DNA of 28,826 nt from Anaerolineales bacterium. Its GTDB lineage: Bacteria > Chloroflexota > Anaerolineae > Anaerolineales > DRMV01. The position numbers and the translations under genes are program-made. The notes below the pieces were generated by a model. That model did no database searches. It saw only the letters and a list, made by a program, of their open reading frames with translations, and was not told the origin of the DNA. Below, piece after piece: positions 6,455-17,211 of the stretch. Location: the NCBI GenBank assembly GCA_015494815.1, contig WGAK01000275.1, positions 1-28,826 on the forward strand, read 5' to 3'. Position 1 is the first letter of the stretch. Every line of letters begins with the position of its first letter.

Positions 6455-6470
6455 AGTGACGGATGTCATG
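6455..6470. promoter_or_regulatory. Second, imperfect CRP-type box 22 bp upstream of the first
   Basis: AGTGA-CGGATG-TCATG keeps the GTGA-N6-TCA core and overlaps the regulator stop codon. Confidence 0.4.
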
Positions 6471-7119
6471 CTTCGGCCGTGGCCGTGGCGTGCAGACGCT
6501 GCCGCAACCCGTCCGGGTCCAACAGCACCACCCGCCCGCGGCCCGAACGCACCAGGCCGGCGCGGCGCAGCGCGGCCAATTCGCGGCTCACGGTCTCGCG
6601 GCTGGTGCCAATCCATTGCGCCAGTTCCTGGTGGGTGGCGCGCACCACCCATTGCCCCTGGTCGTCCTGGCGAGCGTGTTCCAGCAGGGCCCAAATCAGC
6701 CGTTCCCGCGCGTCGTGGAACATGGAGGTCTGCATACGGGTCACGATGTTGCGGACATGGCGAAAGCATTTGTGGTGCAGCCAGCCCAACAATTCGGGGT
6801 GCTGATTGCACATGGTCTGGAACTCGTCCTTGGGCGCCCAGAGCAAAGTCGTGGGCGTGATGGCGCGGGCAGTGCCCACTTGCGGCCCCTGGTCCAGCAC
6901 CGCCAGAGGGCAGAAGCAGTCGCCTTTGCCGTGACGGCACAGCAGGGTTTGGTGACCGTCGAAGTCCACCCGCTCCAGGTGCACCCGGCCGTCCAGCACC
7001 AGGTAGATGTGCTCCGCGGGGTCACCCTGGTGGAAAATCACCTCGCCGGCCGGCACATGCCGGATGCGAAAGATGGCTTCCATCTGTTCTCGTAGCGTGG
7101 GAGGCAGATTGTGCAGCAT
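6466..7119 (-). CDS. Crp/Fnr family transcriptional regulator (Dnr-like role, CRP-type recognition helix)
   Basis: cNMP-binding-like beta-roll (GEVIFHQGDPAEHIYLVLDGRV) plus HTH THQELAQWIGTSRETVSREL; RBS AGGAG. Confidence 0.92.
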   Translation of the reverse strand: MLHNLPPTLREQMEAIFRIRHVPAGEVIFHQGDPAEHIYLVLDGRVHLERVDFDGHQTLLCRHGKGDCFCPLAVLDQGPQVGTARAITPTTLLWAPKDEFQTMCNQHPELLGWLHHKCFRHVRNIVTRMQTSMFHDARERLIWALLEHARQDDQGQWVVRATHQELAQWIGTSRETVSRELAALRRAGLVRSGRGRVVLLDPDGLRQRLHATATAEA

Positions 7120-7152
7120 GCGCGCGTTCTCCTGGTCGCCAAGGGTATCTTC

Positions 7153-7181
7153 AGTGTACTGGAGGTTGAGGCCGAAATCAA
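7153..7181 (-). promoter_or_regulatory. Sigma70-type promoter of the Crp/Fnr regulator
   Basis: Minus strand TTGATT (7176-7181) - 17 bp - TACACT (7153-7158). Confidence 0.65.
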
Positions 7182-7209
7182 TGCCGTGCCGGGCGGCTTT
7201 TTGGCGCGG

Positions 7210-8754
<1,545 letters not shown>

Positions 8755-8777
8755 AGGCATCCTCCTCGAGGGCGTGG

Positions 8778-10109
8778 TCAGGTCGCGTCCGGCGGCGGTA
8801 TCTTCTCCAGACGCAGGCGGTCAATGCGCAGGCCGTCCATGCGCTCCACGGTCAGGCGCACGCCGTCCCAGGTCACCTGGTCGCCCTCGCGGGGGATGCG
8901 CCCCAGACGGCCCAGGACGAACCCGGCCACGGTGTCGTAGTGCGGGTCGTGCAGGTGGATGCCCAGGGCTTCGTTGACATCGTCCATGAGGGCCATGCCA
9001 TCCACCAGCCACGACCCATCGGGTTGGGGCTGCACATCGGGACGTTCCTGGTCGAAGGGGTCGCTGACCTCGCCCACCAGTTCTTCCAGCACATCTTCCA
9101 GGGTCACCAGCCCCGCGGTGCCGCCGTATTCGTCCACCACCACCGCGATGTGCTGCCGTTTTTCGCGGAAGAGGCGCAACAGTTCGCGAATGGGCAGGCT
9201 TTCGGGTACGAACAGGGCTTCGTCGGCCACTTCGCGGGCCGGGGTGCCGTTGACTTGCCCTTCGGCCAGGCGCGGCAGGATGGACTTCAAGTGCACGATG
9301 CCCACGATGTGGTCCAGGTCGCCCTGGTAGAGGGGGATTTTGGTGACGCCGTGCTTGGCGGCCAGCCGCACCGCGTCGGCCAGGGGCGCGTCCGCGGGCG
9401 CGGCCACGATGTCGGTGCGGGGTACCATGACCTGACGCACCAGCACTTGCGAGAAGTCCAGCACCGCGTGGATGATTTCGCCCTCTTCTTCGGGCAAGAG
9501 CCCCTCGGCCTCCGACTCCTGCACCAGGTACTTGAGTTCTTCCAGGCTCAGGCTGCCGTGGGCCTGGGCCTGGAGCCCAAACCAGCCCAGGATGGTGCGC
9601 GTTATCCAGTCGAGCAGGTCAATGAACCAGCGAAAGACCACCAGGAAGACCTGCATCAACGGCGCCAGGGCCGCGGCGGTGACTTCGGGGTGGCGCAACG
9701 CGGCCACTTTGGGCACCTGCTCGCCCAGCACCACGTGCAGGCTGGTGACGATGACCAGCGAGAGGGCCAGGGGCAAAGCCGGCAGCACGGCCTGCAACAG
9801 GCTCAGCCAGGCCGGAAGTTGGGCTTCCCCCAGCAGCCCGTGCAGCAGCGCCTCGAAGGTGCTTTCGCCCACCGCGCCTAAGGCCAGGCTGACGATGGTC
9901 ACGCCCAGTTGCGCGGCGGCGACCAGCCGGTCGCGGCTTTGGGGGCTCTCGAGCCATTGCAGCACCAGGCGCGCGCCCCGGTGGCCCTGCTCGGCCAGGG
10001 CCATGAGTCGCGGCTTGCGGCTGACCACCACCGCAAATTCAACGGTTACGAAGAAGGCGTTGAGCGCGATGAGCAGCGCGATGAGGGCGAAGTCGAGAAG
10101 CAAAATCAT
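8778..10109 (-). CDS. Hemolysin family / CNNM-CBS-CorC domain protein (putative Mg2+/Co2+ efflux)
   Basis: N-terminal DUF21 TM segment (NAFFVTVEFAVV; QLGVTIVSLALG; GEQVPK), tandem CBS (VMVPRTDIV; VVDEYGGTAGLVTLEDVLEELVGE), CorC_HlyC tail (YDTVAGFVLGRLGRIP). Confidence 0.9.
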   Translation of the reverse strand: MILLLDFALIALLIALNAFFVTVEFAVVVSRKPRLMALAEQGHRGARLVLQWLESPQSRDRLVAAAQLGVTIVSLALGAVGESTFEALLHGLLGEAQLPAWLSLLQAVLPALPLALSLVIVTSLHVVLGEQVPKVAALRHPEVTAAALAPLMQVFLVVFRWFIDLLDWITRTILGWFGLQAQAHGSLSLEELKYLVQESEAEGLLPEEEGEIIHAVLDFSQVLVRQVMVPRTDIVAAPADAPLADAVRLAAKHGVTKIPLYQGDLDHIVGIVHLKSILPRLAEGQVNGTPAREVADEALFVPESLPIRELLRLFREKRQHIAVVVDEYGGTAGLVTLEDVLEELVGEVSDPFDQERPDVQPQPDGSWLVDGMALMDDVNEALGIHLHDPHYDTVAGFVLGRLGRIPREGDQVTWDGVRLTVERMDGLRIDRLRLEKIPPPDAT

Positions 10110-10145
10110 AGGGCGGGTGAATACCTCCGTTCGCGTGGGGGTATT

Positions 10146-10997
10146 CTATCGCAAAATCGCCACCGCGGCATAGCCGACCACGGCCTCATAATCGCCGGTG
10201 ACATCGCCCGAGGTGGCATAATGCAGCAGTTTGGCCTGCTGCGCGCCCCAATCGCGCGCGGCCCACAGCATGGCCGCCAAGGCCGCCCGGCCACAAGCCT
10301 GGGCCATGCCTTGCTCTTCGGCCAACAGCACGCCCAGGGGGTCCAGCGCGAGCACCCGTCGCAGCATCTCCCGGTCCAGCCGCTGCGCCACGGCCTGGGG
10401 GAAGTAGTGCGACAGGTCGCTGCTGGCCACGATGAGGTCGCGGGCCGGGTCCAGCAACGCGGCCAGCGCGTGCCCCACGGCTTCGAGCACCGCGGGCTCC
10501 ACGGTGCGGAACATGAGGGGAAGGATGCGGAAGCCGGGGGCCAGGGCCCGTTGCAAGAAGGGCAACTCCATCTCTAAGGAATGCTCGGGGTCTTGGGCCA
10601 CGGGGGTGAGCCCCAGGCCCAAGGCGTCCATCAGGGCCTGGTTCAGCGCGGCCAGCATGTCGGTCGCCACGGGCACCACGCCCAAGGGCGTTTCGTAAGC
10701 CTGGTGCGCGGTGGTCAATATGGGGGGACGGTAGACATAGTGCATGGGCCCGAGCAAGGCCACATGACGCACCGCGCGGCCGCGTACCGCGGCGAAGGCT
10801 GTGCCGGCCACCGGGCCCGAGTAGCGAATGCCCGCGTGGGGCGCGACCAGGGCCAGGGGTGGACCGGGCAGGTCGGGCAGGCGGGCCGCACCTTGCTCCA
10901 GCAGCCGGTCCACCTGCGCGGCCAAAACCGCCGCGTCGTTGGGATACCACTGCCCGCGCAGCGGCGACGGTCGGATGGTCGGTAGTGTCTGGAACAT
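10146..10997 (-). CDS. AmmeMemoRadiSam system protein B (MEMO1 family)
   Basis: GQWYP, APHAGIRYSG, GPMH, EHSLEMELPFLQ, SSDLSHY, ACG, YATSGDVTG..VVGY motifs. Confidence 0.9.
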   Translation of the reverse strand: MFQTLPTIRPSPLRGQWYPNDAAVLAAQVDRLLEQGAARLPDLPGPPLALVAPHAGIRYSGPVAGTAFAAVRGRAVRHVALLGPMHYVYRPPILTTAHQAYETPLGVVPVATDMLAALNQALMDALGLGLTPVAQDPEHSLEMELPFLQRALAPGFRILPLMFRTVEPAVLEAVGHALAALLDPARDLIVASSDLSHYFPQAVAQRLDREMLRRVLALDPLGVLLAEEQGMAQACGRAALAAMLWAARDWGAQQAKLLHYATSGDVTGDYEAVVGYAAVAILR

Positions 10998-11050
10998 GGC
11001 CCCCTCCGGGTTACGCGCGGCGCTCGGCCGCGCGGGATGGGCGCCGGACC

Positions 11051-11527
11051 TCAGGGGGCAATCTGGATGTTGAGGGTGTAGGTCGTGCAGCGCACCGCGC
11101 TGTCAATGCACACATCCACATCGCCCTGATAGAGGCCCGGCTGTTGGGCGCGTAGCACCAGGCGCACCGGCAGCGAGCCCGCAGGCGGGATGGGTGCCTC
11201 GAAGTAATAGGAGGTGAAGCCCGCGCCGGGCACGATGTCGGTGGTGCGCGGACGGGTCTCCATCACCTTCAGGCCGTTCAGCAGGCTGTCGTCCAGGTCA
11301 ATGCTGTCCAGCACCCGCGAGCGGTTGGCCTGATTGTGGATGACGATGTTCACGACGATGTCCTCACCCACCTGGCCGTGGGTGGGGGCCTGCACCTCCA
11401 GGGCGACTTGTTCGGGCTCGCGGGTCGCCAACAGGACCCCGCCCACGCCCGTGACGAAGCAGACGCCGCAACCCACCAACAAGAGCACAAGCACGCCGAC
11501 AATTATCCACAAAGTGCGTTTGGACAT
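11051..11527 (-). CDS. Hypothetical membrane-anchored protein with a beta-sandwich (Ig/DUF11-like) extracytoplasmic domain
   Basis: N-terminal hydrophobic helix followed by an alternating beta-strand pattern (VGEDIVVNIVIHN...PAGSLPVRLVLRAQQPGLYQGDVDVC); RBS AGGAG. Confidence 0.7.
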   Translation of the reverse strand: MSKRTLWIIVGVLVLLLVGCGVCFVTGVGGVLLATREPEQVALEVQAPTHGQVGEDIVVNIVIHNQANRSRVLDSIDLDDSLLNGLKVMETRPRTTDIVPGAGFTSYYFEAPIPPAGSLPVRLVLRAQQPGLYQGDVDVCIDSAVRCTTYTLNIQIAP

Positions 11528-11591
11528 GGTGCCCTCCTGAAGTGGGGAAGATTGTATGGAGAATCGGCGGGGTAGCCGCTATCTATGCTGC

Positions 11592-11620
11592 ATTATAGCG
11601 AAGGAAAAGGGGCTTGTATA
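11592..11620 (-). promoter_or_regulatory. Probable sigma70 promoter for the 158-aa gene and downstream genes
   Basis: Minus strand TATACA - 17 bp - TATAAT in an AT-rich intergenic patch. Confidence 0.45.
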
Positions 11621-11642
11621 GTGACACGCGGCGGGCGCGGGC

Positions 11643-13391
11643 TCAGGCCGTGGCCGATGAAGACCGCTGATTTTGGGCCTGACGCCAGAGGGCCTGCGCG
11701 GCCGCGCGGTTGGTGGGGGTGTCGCCGCCCAACATGCCGGCCAGTTCGGCCAGGCGGCTTTCGGGGTCGGTCAGGGGGCGCACCAGGGTGCGGGTGCGTT
11801 GGCCGTCCACCACTTTTTCCACCCGCAAATGCTGGTCGCCAAAGGCCGCCAGTTGAGGCAGGTGGGTGACGCACAACACCTGGTGATGGCGGGCCAGTTC
11901 CCAGAGCATGGCGCCCACCACCGCGCCGACCCGTCCGCCGATGCCCTGGTCGATTTCGTCGAAAATCAGGGTGGGCACCGGGTCGGCCTGGGCCAGCGCG
12001 GCCTTGAGGGCCAGCATCAGGCGCGAAGTCTCGCCGCCCGACGCGATTTTGGCCAGGGGCTTGAAGCCTTCGCCGGGGTTGGGCGCGATGAGGAATTCCA
12101 CCTGGTCGATGCCGTGCGCGTCGTAGGCCACGGTCTCGCCGTTGGGCAGGGGCAGGCCGTGAGGGTCTGCGCGAGTGGCCAGGTGGACGCGGAAGCGCGC
12201 CGCGGCCATGCGCAGCCGCTGCAGCCCTTGCTCCACCTGTTGGGCCAGCCGGTCCGCGGCCGCGTGGCGGGCCTGCGACAGTTCCCAGGCCCGTTGGCCG
12301 GCCTCGCGGCGCAGCGCGTCCCGGCGGGCCTCCAGCGCCGCGATACGGTCGCCGGCCGTTTCGATGGCGTCCAGTTCGGCCTGGGCCTTTTGGGCAAAAG
12401 CCAGCACATCGTCCAAAGTGGGCCCATATTTGCGCTTCAGGTCGTCGAGCAGGGCCAGGCGGCTCTCGACTTCGTCCAGGCGGCGGGGGTTGAACTCCAG
12501 TTGCTCCGCGTAGTCGCGCAAGGCACGGGCCAGGTCGCTCAGCCCTTCGAGATGGGTCTGGGCCTGCGCGGCCAGGTCGGCCTGCGACGCGTCCACCGCG
12601 GCCAGGTGCTCCAGCGCATCCACCACCTGTCCCAGCGCGTCGGTGACCGCGGGGGCGTCGGGCAGGCCTTCGTCGAGCACCAGCAAAGCCTGCTGCACCA
12701 GCGAGGCCAGTTGTTCCGCGTGGGCCAGGCGGGTGCGCTCGGCCCGCAGGGCGGCTTCCTCCGCGGGGTCGGGCCGGGCCGCCGTGATTTCTTCGATTTG
12801 ATAGCGCAGCAAATCGGCCTGGCGGGCTGCGTCCCGCTCCAGCGCCCGCAGGCGTTCCAGTTCGGCGTCCACCTCGCGCAGTTGGTGGTAGGTTGCGCGG
12901 TAGGCCTGGAGCAAGGGCTCGGCCCGCGCGAAGCGGTCCAACAAAGCCCGGTGGGCCGGCACCCGCAGCAGCGAAAGGTGCGCGGCCTGACCGTGGATGT
13001 CCACCAGCGCCGCACCCACCTTGCGCAACAGGGCCACGCTCACGCTGCGGCCGTTGAGCCGGGCGATGTGACGCCCTTGGCGGCGCACTTCGCGGGCCAG
13101 AATGACCCGGTCGGGCGCGTCGGGGTCCAGCAGGTCTTCGGCGGCCAGCCATTCGCGCACCTGCGCGCCCGCGGTGCCCGTCAGGGTGAAGATGCCCTCG
13201 ACATAGGCCCGGTCCGCGCCTTCGCGGATGAGCAGGGTGTCGGCGCGCGCGCCCAGCAGCAGTTGCACCGCGTCGAGCAAGATGGACTTGCCCGCGCCGG
13301 TCTCACCGGTGAGCACCGTGAGGCCGGGGCCCAGGGTGAGGTGCACGCGCTCGATGATGGCCAGGTTTTGCACGCGCAATTCGGTGAGCAT
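11643..13391 (-). CDS. recN: DNA repair protein RecN (582 aa)
   Basis: True start [14 protein letters not shown] at 13391; Walker [15 protein letters not shown], coiled coil, [34 protein letters not shown]. Confidence 0.95.
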   Translation of the reverse strand: MLTELRVQNLAIIERVHLTLGPGLTVLTGETGAGKSILLDAVQLLLGARADTLLIREGADRAYVEGIFTLTGTAGAQVREWLAAEDLLDPDAPDRVILAREVRRQGRHIARLNGRSVSVALLRKVGAALVDIHGQAAHLSLLRVPAHRALLDRFARAEPLLQAYRATYHQLREVDAELERLRALERDAARQADLLRYQIEEITAARPDPAEEAALRAERTRLAHAEQLASLVQQALLVLDEGLPDAPAVTDALGQVVDALEHLAAVDASQADLAAQAQTHLEGLSDLARALRDYAEQLEFNPRRLDEVESRLALLDDLKRKYGPTLDDVLAFAQKAQAELDAIETAGDRIAALEARRDALRREAGQRAWELSQARHAAADRLAQQVEQGLQRLRMAAARFRVHLATRADPHGLPLPNGETVAYDAHGIDQVEFLIAPNPGEGFKPLAKIASGGETSRLMLALKAALAQADPVPTLIFDEIDQGIGGRVGAVVGAMLWELARHHQVLCVTHLPQLAAFGDQHLRVEKVVDGQRTRTLVRPLTDPESRLAELAGMLGGDTPTNRAAAQALWRQAQNQRSSSATA

Positions 13392-13427
13392 GAGCCTTCG
13401 TCTCCGGGGCGCAGGTGGCCCCTGGGC

Positions 13428-13454
13428 ATTATACCGCGGCCCTTGGGGTATAAT
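13428..13454. promoter_or_regulatory. Back-to-back divergent -10 boxes for recN and the DUF389 operon
   Basis: ATTATA at 13428-13433 (TATAAT on minus) and TATAAT at 13449-13454 (plus); both read GGTATAAT. Confidence 0.6.
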
Positions 13455-13470
13455 CGCGGCCGGAGAGCGT

Positions 13471-14835
13471 ATGATGGACGAATCACGGCCTGCGGCCGGG
13501 GCCGCCGAGCCCGAGCCGCAATCCCCCGACGACGAGTCGCCCGCGGCCGAGGAGCCTGCCGAGCCCCCCGCGGCCGAAGCCGCGCGCGCGGCGCCCGCGC
13601 CGGGCGAGCCGGACCCGGCGGCGGACGCGCGGCCCGCGCGCCCGCGTCGCGGTGCCGCGCGGCGCTCACCCTTTGCCCCGCTGGACGCGCACGAGCAGGC
13701 CCGCTTGCGGCGCTTCTTGTTGCGCTGGACCCGGCCGGGTTGTGGGCTGGCCGTGACTTTTGGGCTGACGCTGGCAGTGTGGGCCTGGGCTGCGGTGCAT
13801 CCGCATCCCGTGTTGTGGCTGCTGGGCGCGCTGCTCACGCCCTGGGTCACACCGGTGGTGGGCGGCGCGCTGGGCCTGGTGTTGGGCCTGCGGCCGGTGT
13901 TGCGGCGGGCCGCGGGGCTCACCCTGGGCCTGGGGCTGGCCGCGTGGGTTGTGGGCTACGCGGTGGGCCGCTGGGCCGCCCCCGCGGGCGCGGCCTGGGC
14001 GCTGGACGCGCAGACCTGGGTCGGCCCCGACATGACCACCTTCGTGGTCACGCTGGTCGCCGCGGCCTGGGGGACGGTGTTGCTGGCCCGGCGTCGTGCC
14101 GCGGCGTTGCTGCCCGGCGCGGCCCTGACCTGGGCGCTGGCGCTGCCGCTGTTTTGGGCCGGCGTGTTCGTGGCCCGGCACGACCTGCCCGCCGCGCAGG
14201 ACGCGCTGGTGGCCTTCGCCACCCATTGGTTTTGGTCGTGGGTGCTGGCCGGGGTGACCCTGGTCTTCCTGGGGCTGTACCCTACTTCCTGGACCGGCTA
14301 TGGTTTGCTGGTGCTCTTCTTCGTGCTGGGCCTGGGTTCCTTCCTTTTCTATGCCGAAGCCGATTTGCAGCGACGGCTGCCCACGGCCGAGGCGCCGGTC
14401 GTGGCGACCGCGACCGCGGCCCCTGCGCCCTCCGCGCGGCCGAGCCCCGCGCCTTCGGCCACGCCCACCGCGACCCCGACGCCCACGCCGTCGCCGTTGC
14501 CCAGCCCCACGCCCACCGCGGCCGGCGCGGTGGCGACTTACACCGTGGTGTGGCCCACGGCCACCCCTTCCCCCACGGCCACGCCCATGTATGCGGTGGT
14601 GCGGGCGTCGGCCCGCTACACCGGCATCTATGTGCGCGAGGGCCCCGGCTTCGATTACCCGGCCTTCACCGGCTTGCTCAACGGCACCCAGGTTGTCGTG
14701 CTGCCCGAACAGGCCGAAGCCGACGGTTTGCAATGGGTCAAGGTGCGTTTCGAGGAATTCGGCCGCGTCAAAGAGGGCTGGGTGCTGTATCATCTGCTGC
14801 TGTTCGTCACGCCAACCCCGACGCCCCTGGATTGA
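13471..14835 (+). CDS. DUF389-like membrane protein with Pro/Thr linker and C-terminal SH3b-like domain
   Basis: Start MMDES after GGAG. The TM region includes [23 protein letters not shown] (DUF389-like), then an (A/P/T)-rich linker and [26 protein letters not shown]...[10 protein letters not shown]...EGWV (SH3_3-like). Confidence 0.65.
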   Translation: MMDESRPAAGAAEPEPQSPDDESPAAEEPAEPPAAEAARAAPAPGEPDPAADARPARPRRGAARRSPFAPLDAHEQARLRRFLLRWTRPGCGLAVTFGLTLAVWAWAAVHPHPVLWLLGALLTPWVTPVVGGALGLVLGLRPVLRRAAGLTLGLGLAAWVVGYAVGRWAAPAGAAWALDAQTWVGPDMTTFVVTLVAAAWGTVLLARRRAAALLPGAALTWALALPLFWAGVFVARHDLPAAQDALVAFATHWFWSWVLAGVTLVFLGLYPTSWTGYGLLVLFFVLGLGSFLFYAEADLQRRLPTAEAPVVATATAAPAPSARPSPAPSATPTATPTPTPSPLPSPTPTAAGAVATYTVVWPTATPSPTATPMYAVVRASARYTGIYVREGPGFDYPAFTGLLNGTQVVVLPEQAEADGLQWVKVRFEEFGRVKEGWVLYHLLLFVTPTPTPLD

Positions 14836-14870
14836 GGGGCCGGGCTTACATCCGACCCAAGGAGGTCTCT

Positions 14871-16310
14871 ATGCCCCGCAAGGACATCCGCTTCGGCACC
14901 GATGGCTGGCGCGGCACCATCGCCGAGGATTACACCTTCGCCAATGTGCGCCGCGCCGCGCAGGGGTTCGCCCGCTATCTGTTGGACCAGGGCCACCGGG
15001 GCGCGTGGGTGGTGGTGGGGTATGACAAGCGTTTCCACTCCGAGAATTTCGCCGCGGCCGCGGCCGAGGTGCTGGCCGCCCACGACCTGCGGGTGTACCT
15101 CACCCAGGAGGCCACGCCCACGCCCGTGATTTCCTACGCGGTGGTGGACAAGGGCGCGGTGGCGGCCATCAACATCACCGCGTCGCACAACCCGCCCGGC
15201 GACAACGGCTTCAAAGTGCGCGACCAGCACGGCGGCGCGCTGCCCCCGGCCGCGCTGCGGGCCGTCGAGACGCACATCCCCGCGACCGAGGACGCGGTGG
15301 TGCGCGTGCCCCTGGCCGAAGCCCAGGCCCAGGGCCGGGTGGTGCTCTTCGACCCCAAGCCCGCCTACATCGCCCACCTGCGCGAGTTGGTGGACCTGGA
15401 GCGCATTCGCGACGCCGGCCTCAAGGTGCTGGTGGACCCCATGTGGGGCAACGGCGCGGGGTGGTTCCCCCGGCTCATCGGCGGCGGGCGCACGGTGGTG
15501 GAAGAAATCCACAATGTGCGCAATCCCATCTTCCCCGAGATGAAGCGGCCCGAGCCCATTCCGCCCAATGTGGATGTGGGCCTGGCCGAGACGGTGTGTC
15601 GCGGCGCGGATGTGCTCATCATCAACGACGGCGACGCCGACCGCCTGGGCCTGGGCGACGAGCACGGCCGCTTCGTGGATCAACTCAAGGTCTACGGCCT
15701 GCTGGCTTACTACTTCCTGGAAGTGCGGGGCGAGCGCGGGCCCATCGTCAAGACCATCTCGACCACCGCGCTGCTCAACAAGATGGGCCGGCAATACGGC
15801 GTGCCCGTATACGAGACGGGCGTGGGCTTCAAGTATGTGGCGCCCAAGATGCTGGAAGTGAACGCCCTGCTGGGCGGGGAAGAGTCGGGGGGCTACGCGT
15901 TCCGCAACCACGTGCCCGAGCGGGACGGCATCCTGGCCGGGCTGTATGTGCTGGACATGATGGTGCGGCTGAACAAGAAGCCGTCGGAGTTGGTGGACCT
16001 GCTCTTCCGCGAAGTGGGCCCCACCCACTACAAGCGCATTGATGTGCCCTTCCAGGGCGACCGGGGCCCCATCGAGGCCCGGGTGCGCGCGGCCCGACCC
16101 GCGACCATCGGCGGGCTCAAGGTGGTGGGCTTTCGGGACATTGACGGCTACCAGTTCTTGCTGGAAGACGGCGGCTGGCTGCTCATTCGCTTCTCGGGCA
16201 CCGAGCCCTTGCTGCGGGTGTATTGCGAGACCACGGACCCGGCCCGCCTGGACGCGATTCTGCACGACGGCCTGCGCATCGCGGGCGTAACCCCACCCGC
16301 GGAGGCTTGA
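14871..16310 (+). CDS. Phosphoglucomutase/phosphomannomutase family protein
   Basis: FGTDGWRG, catalytic TASHNP, metal loop DGDADR, sugar loop [20 protein letters not shown]; RBS AAGGAGGT. Confidence 0.95.
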   Translation: MPRKDIRFGTDGWRGTIAEDYTFANVRRAAQGFARYLLDQGHRGAWVVVGYDKRFHSENFAAAAAEVLAAHDLRVYLTQEATPTPVISYAVVDKGAVAAINITASHNPPGDNGFKVRDQHGGALPPAALRAVETHIPATEDAVVRVPLAEAQAQGRVVLFDPKPAYIAHLRELVDLERIRDAGLKVLVDPMWGNGAGWFPRLIGGGRTVVEEIHNVRNPIFPEMKRPEPIPPNVDVGLAETVCRGADVLIINDGDADRLGLGDEHGRFVDQLKVYGLLAYYFLEVRGERGPIVKTISTTALLNKMGRQYGVPVYETGVGFKYVAPKMLEVNALLGGEESGGYAFRNHVPERDGILAGLYVLDMMVRLNKKPSELVDLLFREVGPTHYKRIDVPFQGDRGPIEARVRAARPATIGGLKVVGFRDIDGYQFLLEDGGWLLIRFSGTEPLLRVYCETTDPARLDAILHDGLRIAGVTPPAEA

Positions 16311-16314
16311 GGCC

Positions 16315-17121
16315 ATGTGGGTGGACACCCACACGCACCTGCACCTGGACGCGTTCGACCCCGACCGGGACGCGGTGGTGCAACGGGCCCGCGCCGCGGG
16401 CGTGACCCGCTGGGTGGACCCCGCCCTGGATGTGCCCTCGGCCCGCCGCGCGCTGGCCCTGGCCGAGCAGTGCGGCGAGGGTTACTTCGTGGCCGTGGGC
16501 GTGCACCCCAACAGCGTGGCCCAGGCCTGGCGCGGTCGCCGCACCCTCGAGGCGCTGCGCGAGTTGGCAGAGCATCCGCGCGTGGTGGCCATCGGCGAGA
16601 TTGGCCTGGACTACTACCGGGACTACACCCCGCCCGCGCAGCAGCGGGCCGCACTGGAGGCGCAACTGGCCCTGGCCGCGGAGGTGGGCCTGCCCGTCAT
16701 TCTGCACCAGCGCGCGTCGGTGGACGACCTGCTGGATATGCTGGCCGACTGGGTCGCGGATTTGCGCGCCCAGGGGCATCCGTTGGCCGCGCGGCCGGGC
16801 GTGCTGCATTCCTTCTCGGGCACGGCGGAACAGGCCTTGCGGGCCGTGGCCTTGGGCTTCTTCATCGGCATCACGGGCCCGGTGACCTTCAAGAACGGCG
16901 CGACCATGCGGGCCGTGGCCCAGGCCGTACCCGCGGCGCGGCTGCTGGTGGAAACCGACGCGCCGTTCATGGCGCCGCATCCGCAGCGGGGCAAGCGCAA
17001 CGAGCCCGCGTGGGTCGTGTGGGTGGGGCGCAAGGTGGCCGAAGTGCGGGGTGTGCCGGAAGAAGAGATGGCGTTTGTCACAACGCGTAACGCCGAGACA
17101 TTGTTTCATTTCGTTACATAA
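16315..17121 (+). CDS. tatD: TatD family hydrolase (DNase)
   Basis: DTHTH, AVGVHP, AIGEIGLDYY, PVILH, VLHSF, LLVETDAPF, RNEP motifs. Confidence 0.92.
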   Translation: MWVDTHTHLHLDAFDPDRDAVVQRARAAGVTRWVDPALDVPSARRALALAEQCGEGYFVAVGVHPNSVAQAWRGRRTLEALRELAEHPRVVAIGEIGLDYYRDYTPPAQQRAALEAQLALAAEVGLPVILHQRASVDDLLDMLADWVADLRAQGHPLAARPGVLHSFSGTAEQALRAVALGFFIGITGPVTFKNGATMRAVAQAVPAARLLVETDAPFMAPHPQRGKRNEPAWVVWVGRKVAEVRGVPEEEMAFVTTRNAETLFHFVT

Positions 17122-17134
17122 TGCTTTAGCAGCG

Positions 17135-17163
17135 TTGACAGGCTGGGGCCTTTATGCTATAGT
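17135..17163 (+). promoter_or_regulatory. Near-consensus sigma70 promoter of the ABC transporter operon
   Basis: TTGACA (17135-17140) - 17 bp - TATAGT (17158-17163) with an extended -10 TG; RBS AGGAGG before ATG 17212. Confidence 0.85.
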
Positions 17164-17211
17164 TTAGTTTGCCCTATTCGTAAAAGCCCACTCTCTCGGA
17201 AGGAGGAGTAT

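Noticed and set aside
7166-7181. FNR-box-like TTGAG-GCCGAA-ATCAA upstream of the regulator
   Set aside because: Half-site spacing is 2 bp too long for TTGAT-N4-ATCAA; ATCAA is better explained as the -35 (TTGATT) of the minus-strand promoter.
11673-16310. 1545-aa plus-strand ORF suggesting a giant fusion ending in phosphoglucomutase
   Set aside because: Only the part from ATG 14871 (own AAGGAGGT RBS) is real; the rest is antisense to recN or out of frame with the DUF389 gene.
17067-17121. Possible CRP or other operator half-sites (TCACA, GTTACA) at the tatD 3' end upstream of the ABC promoter
   Set aside because: No matching second half-site at the correct spacing; cannot be supported.
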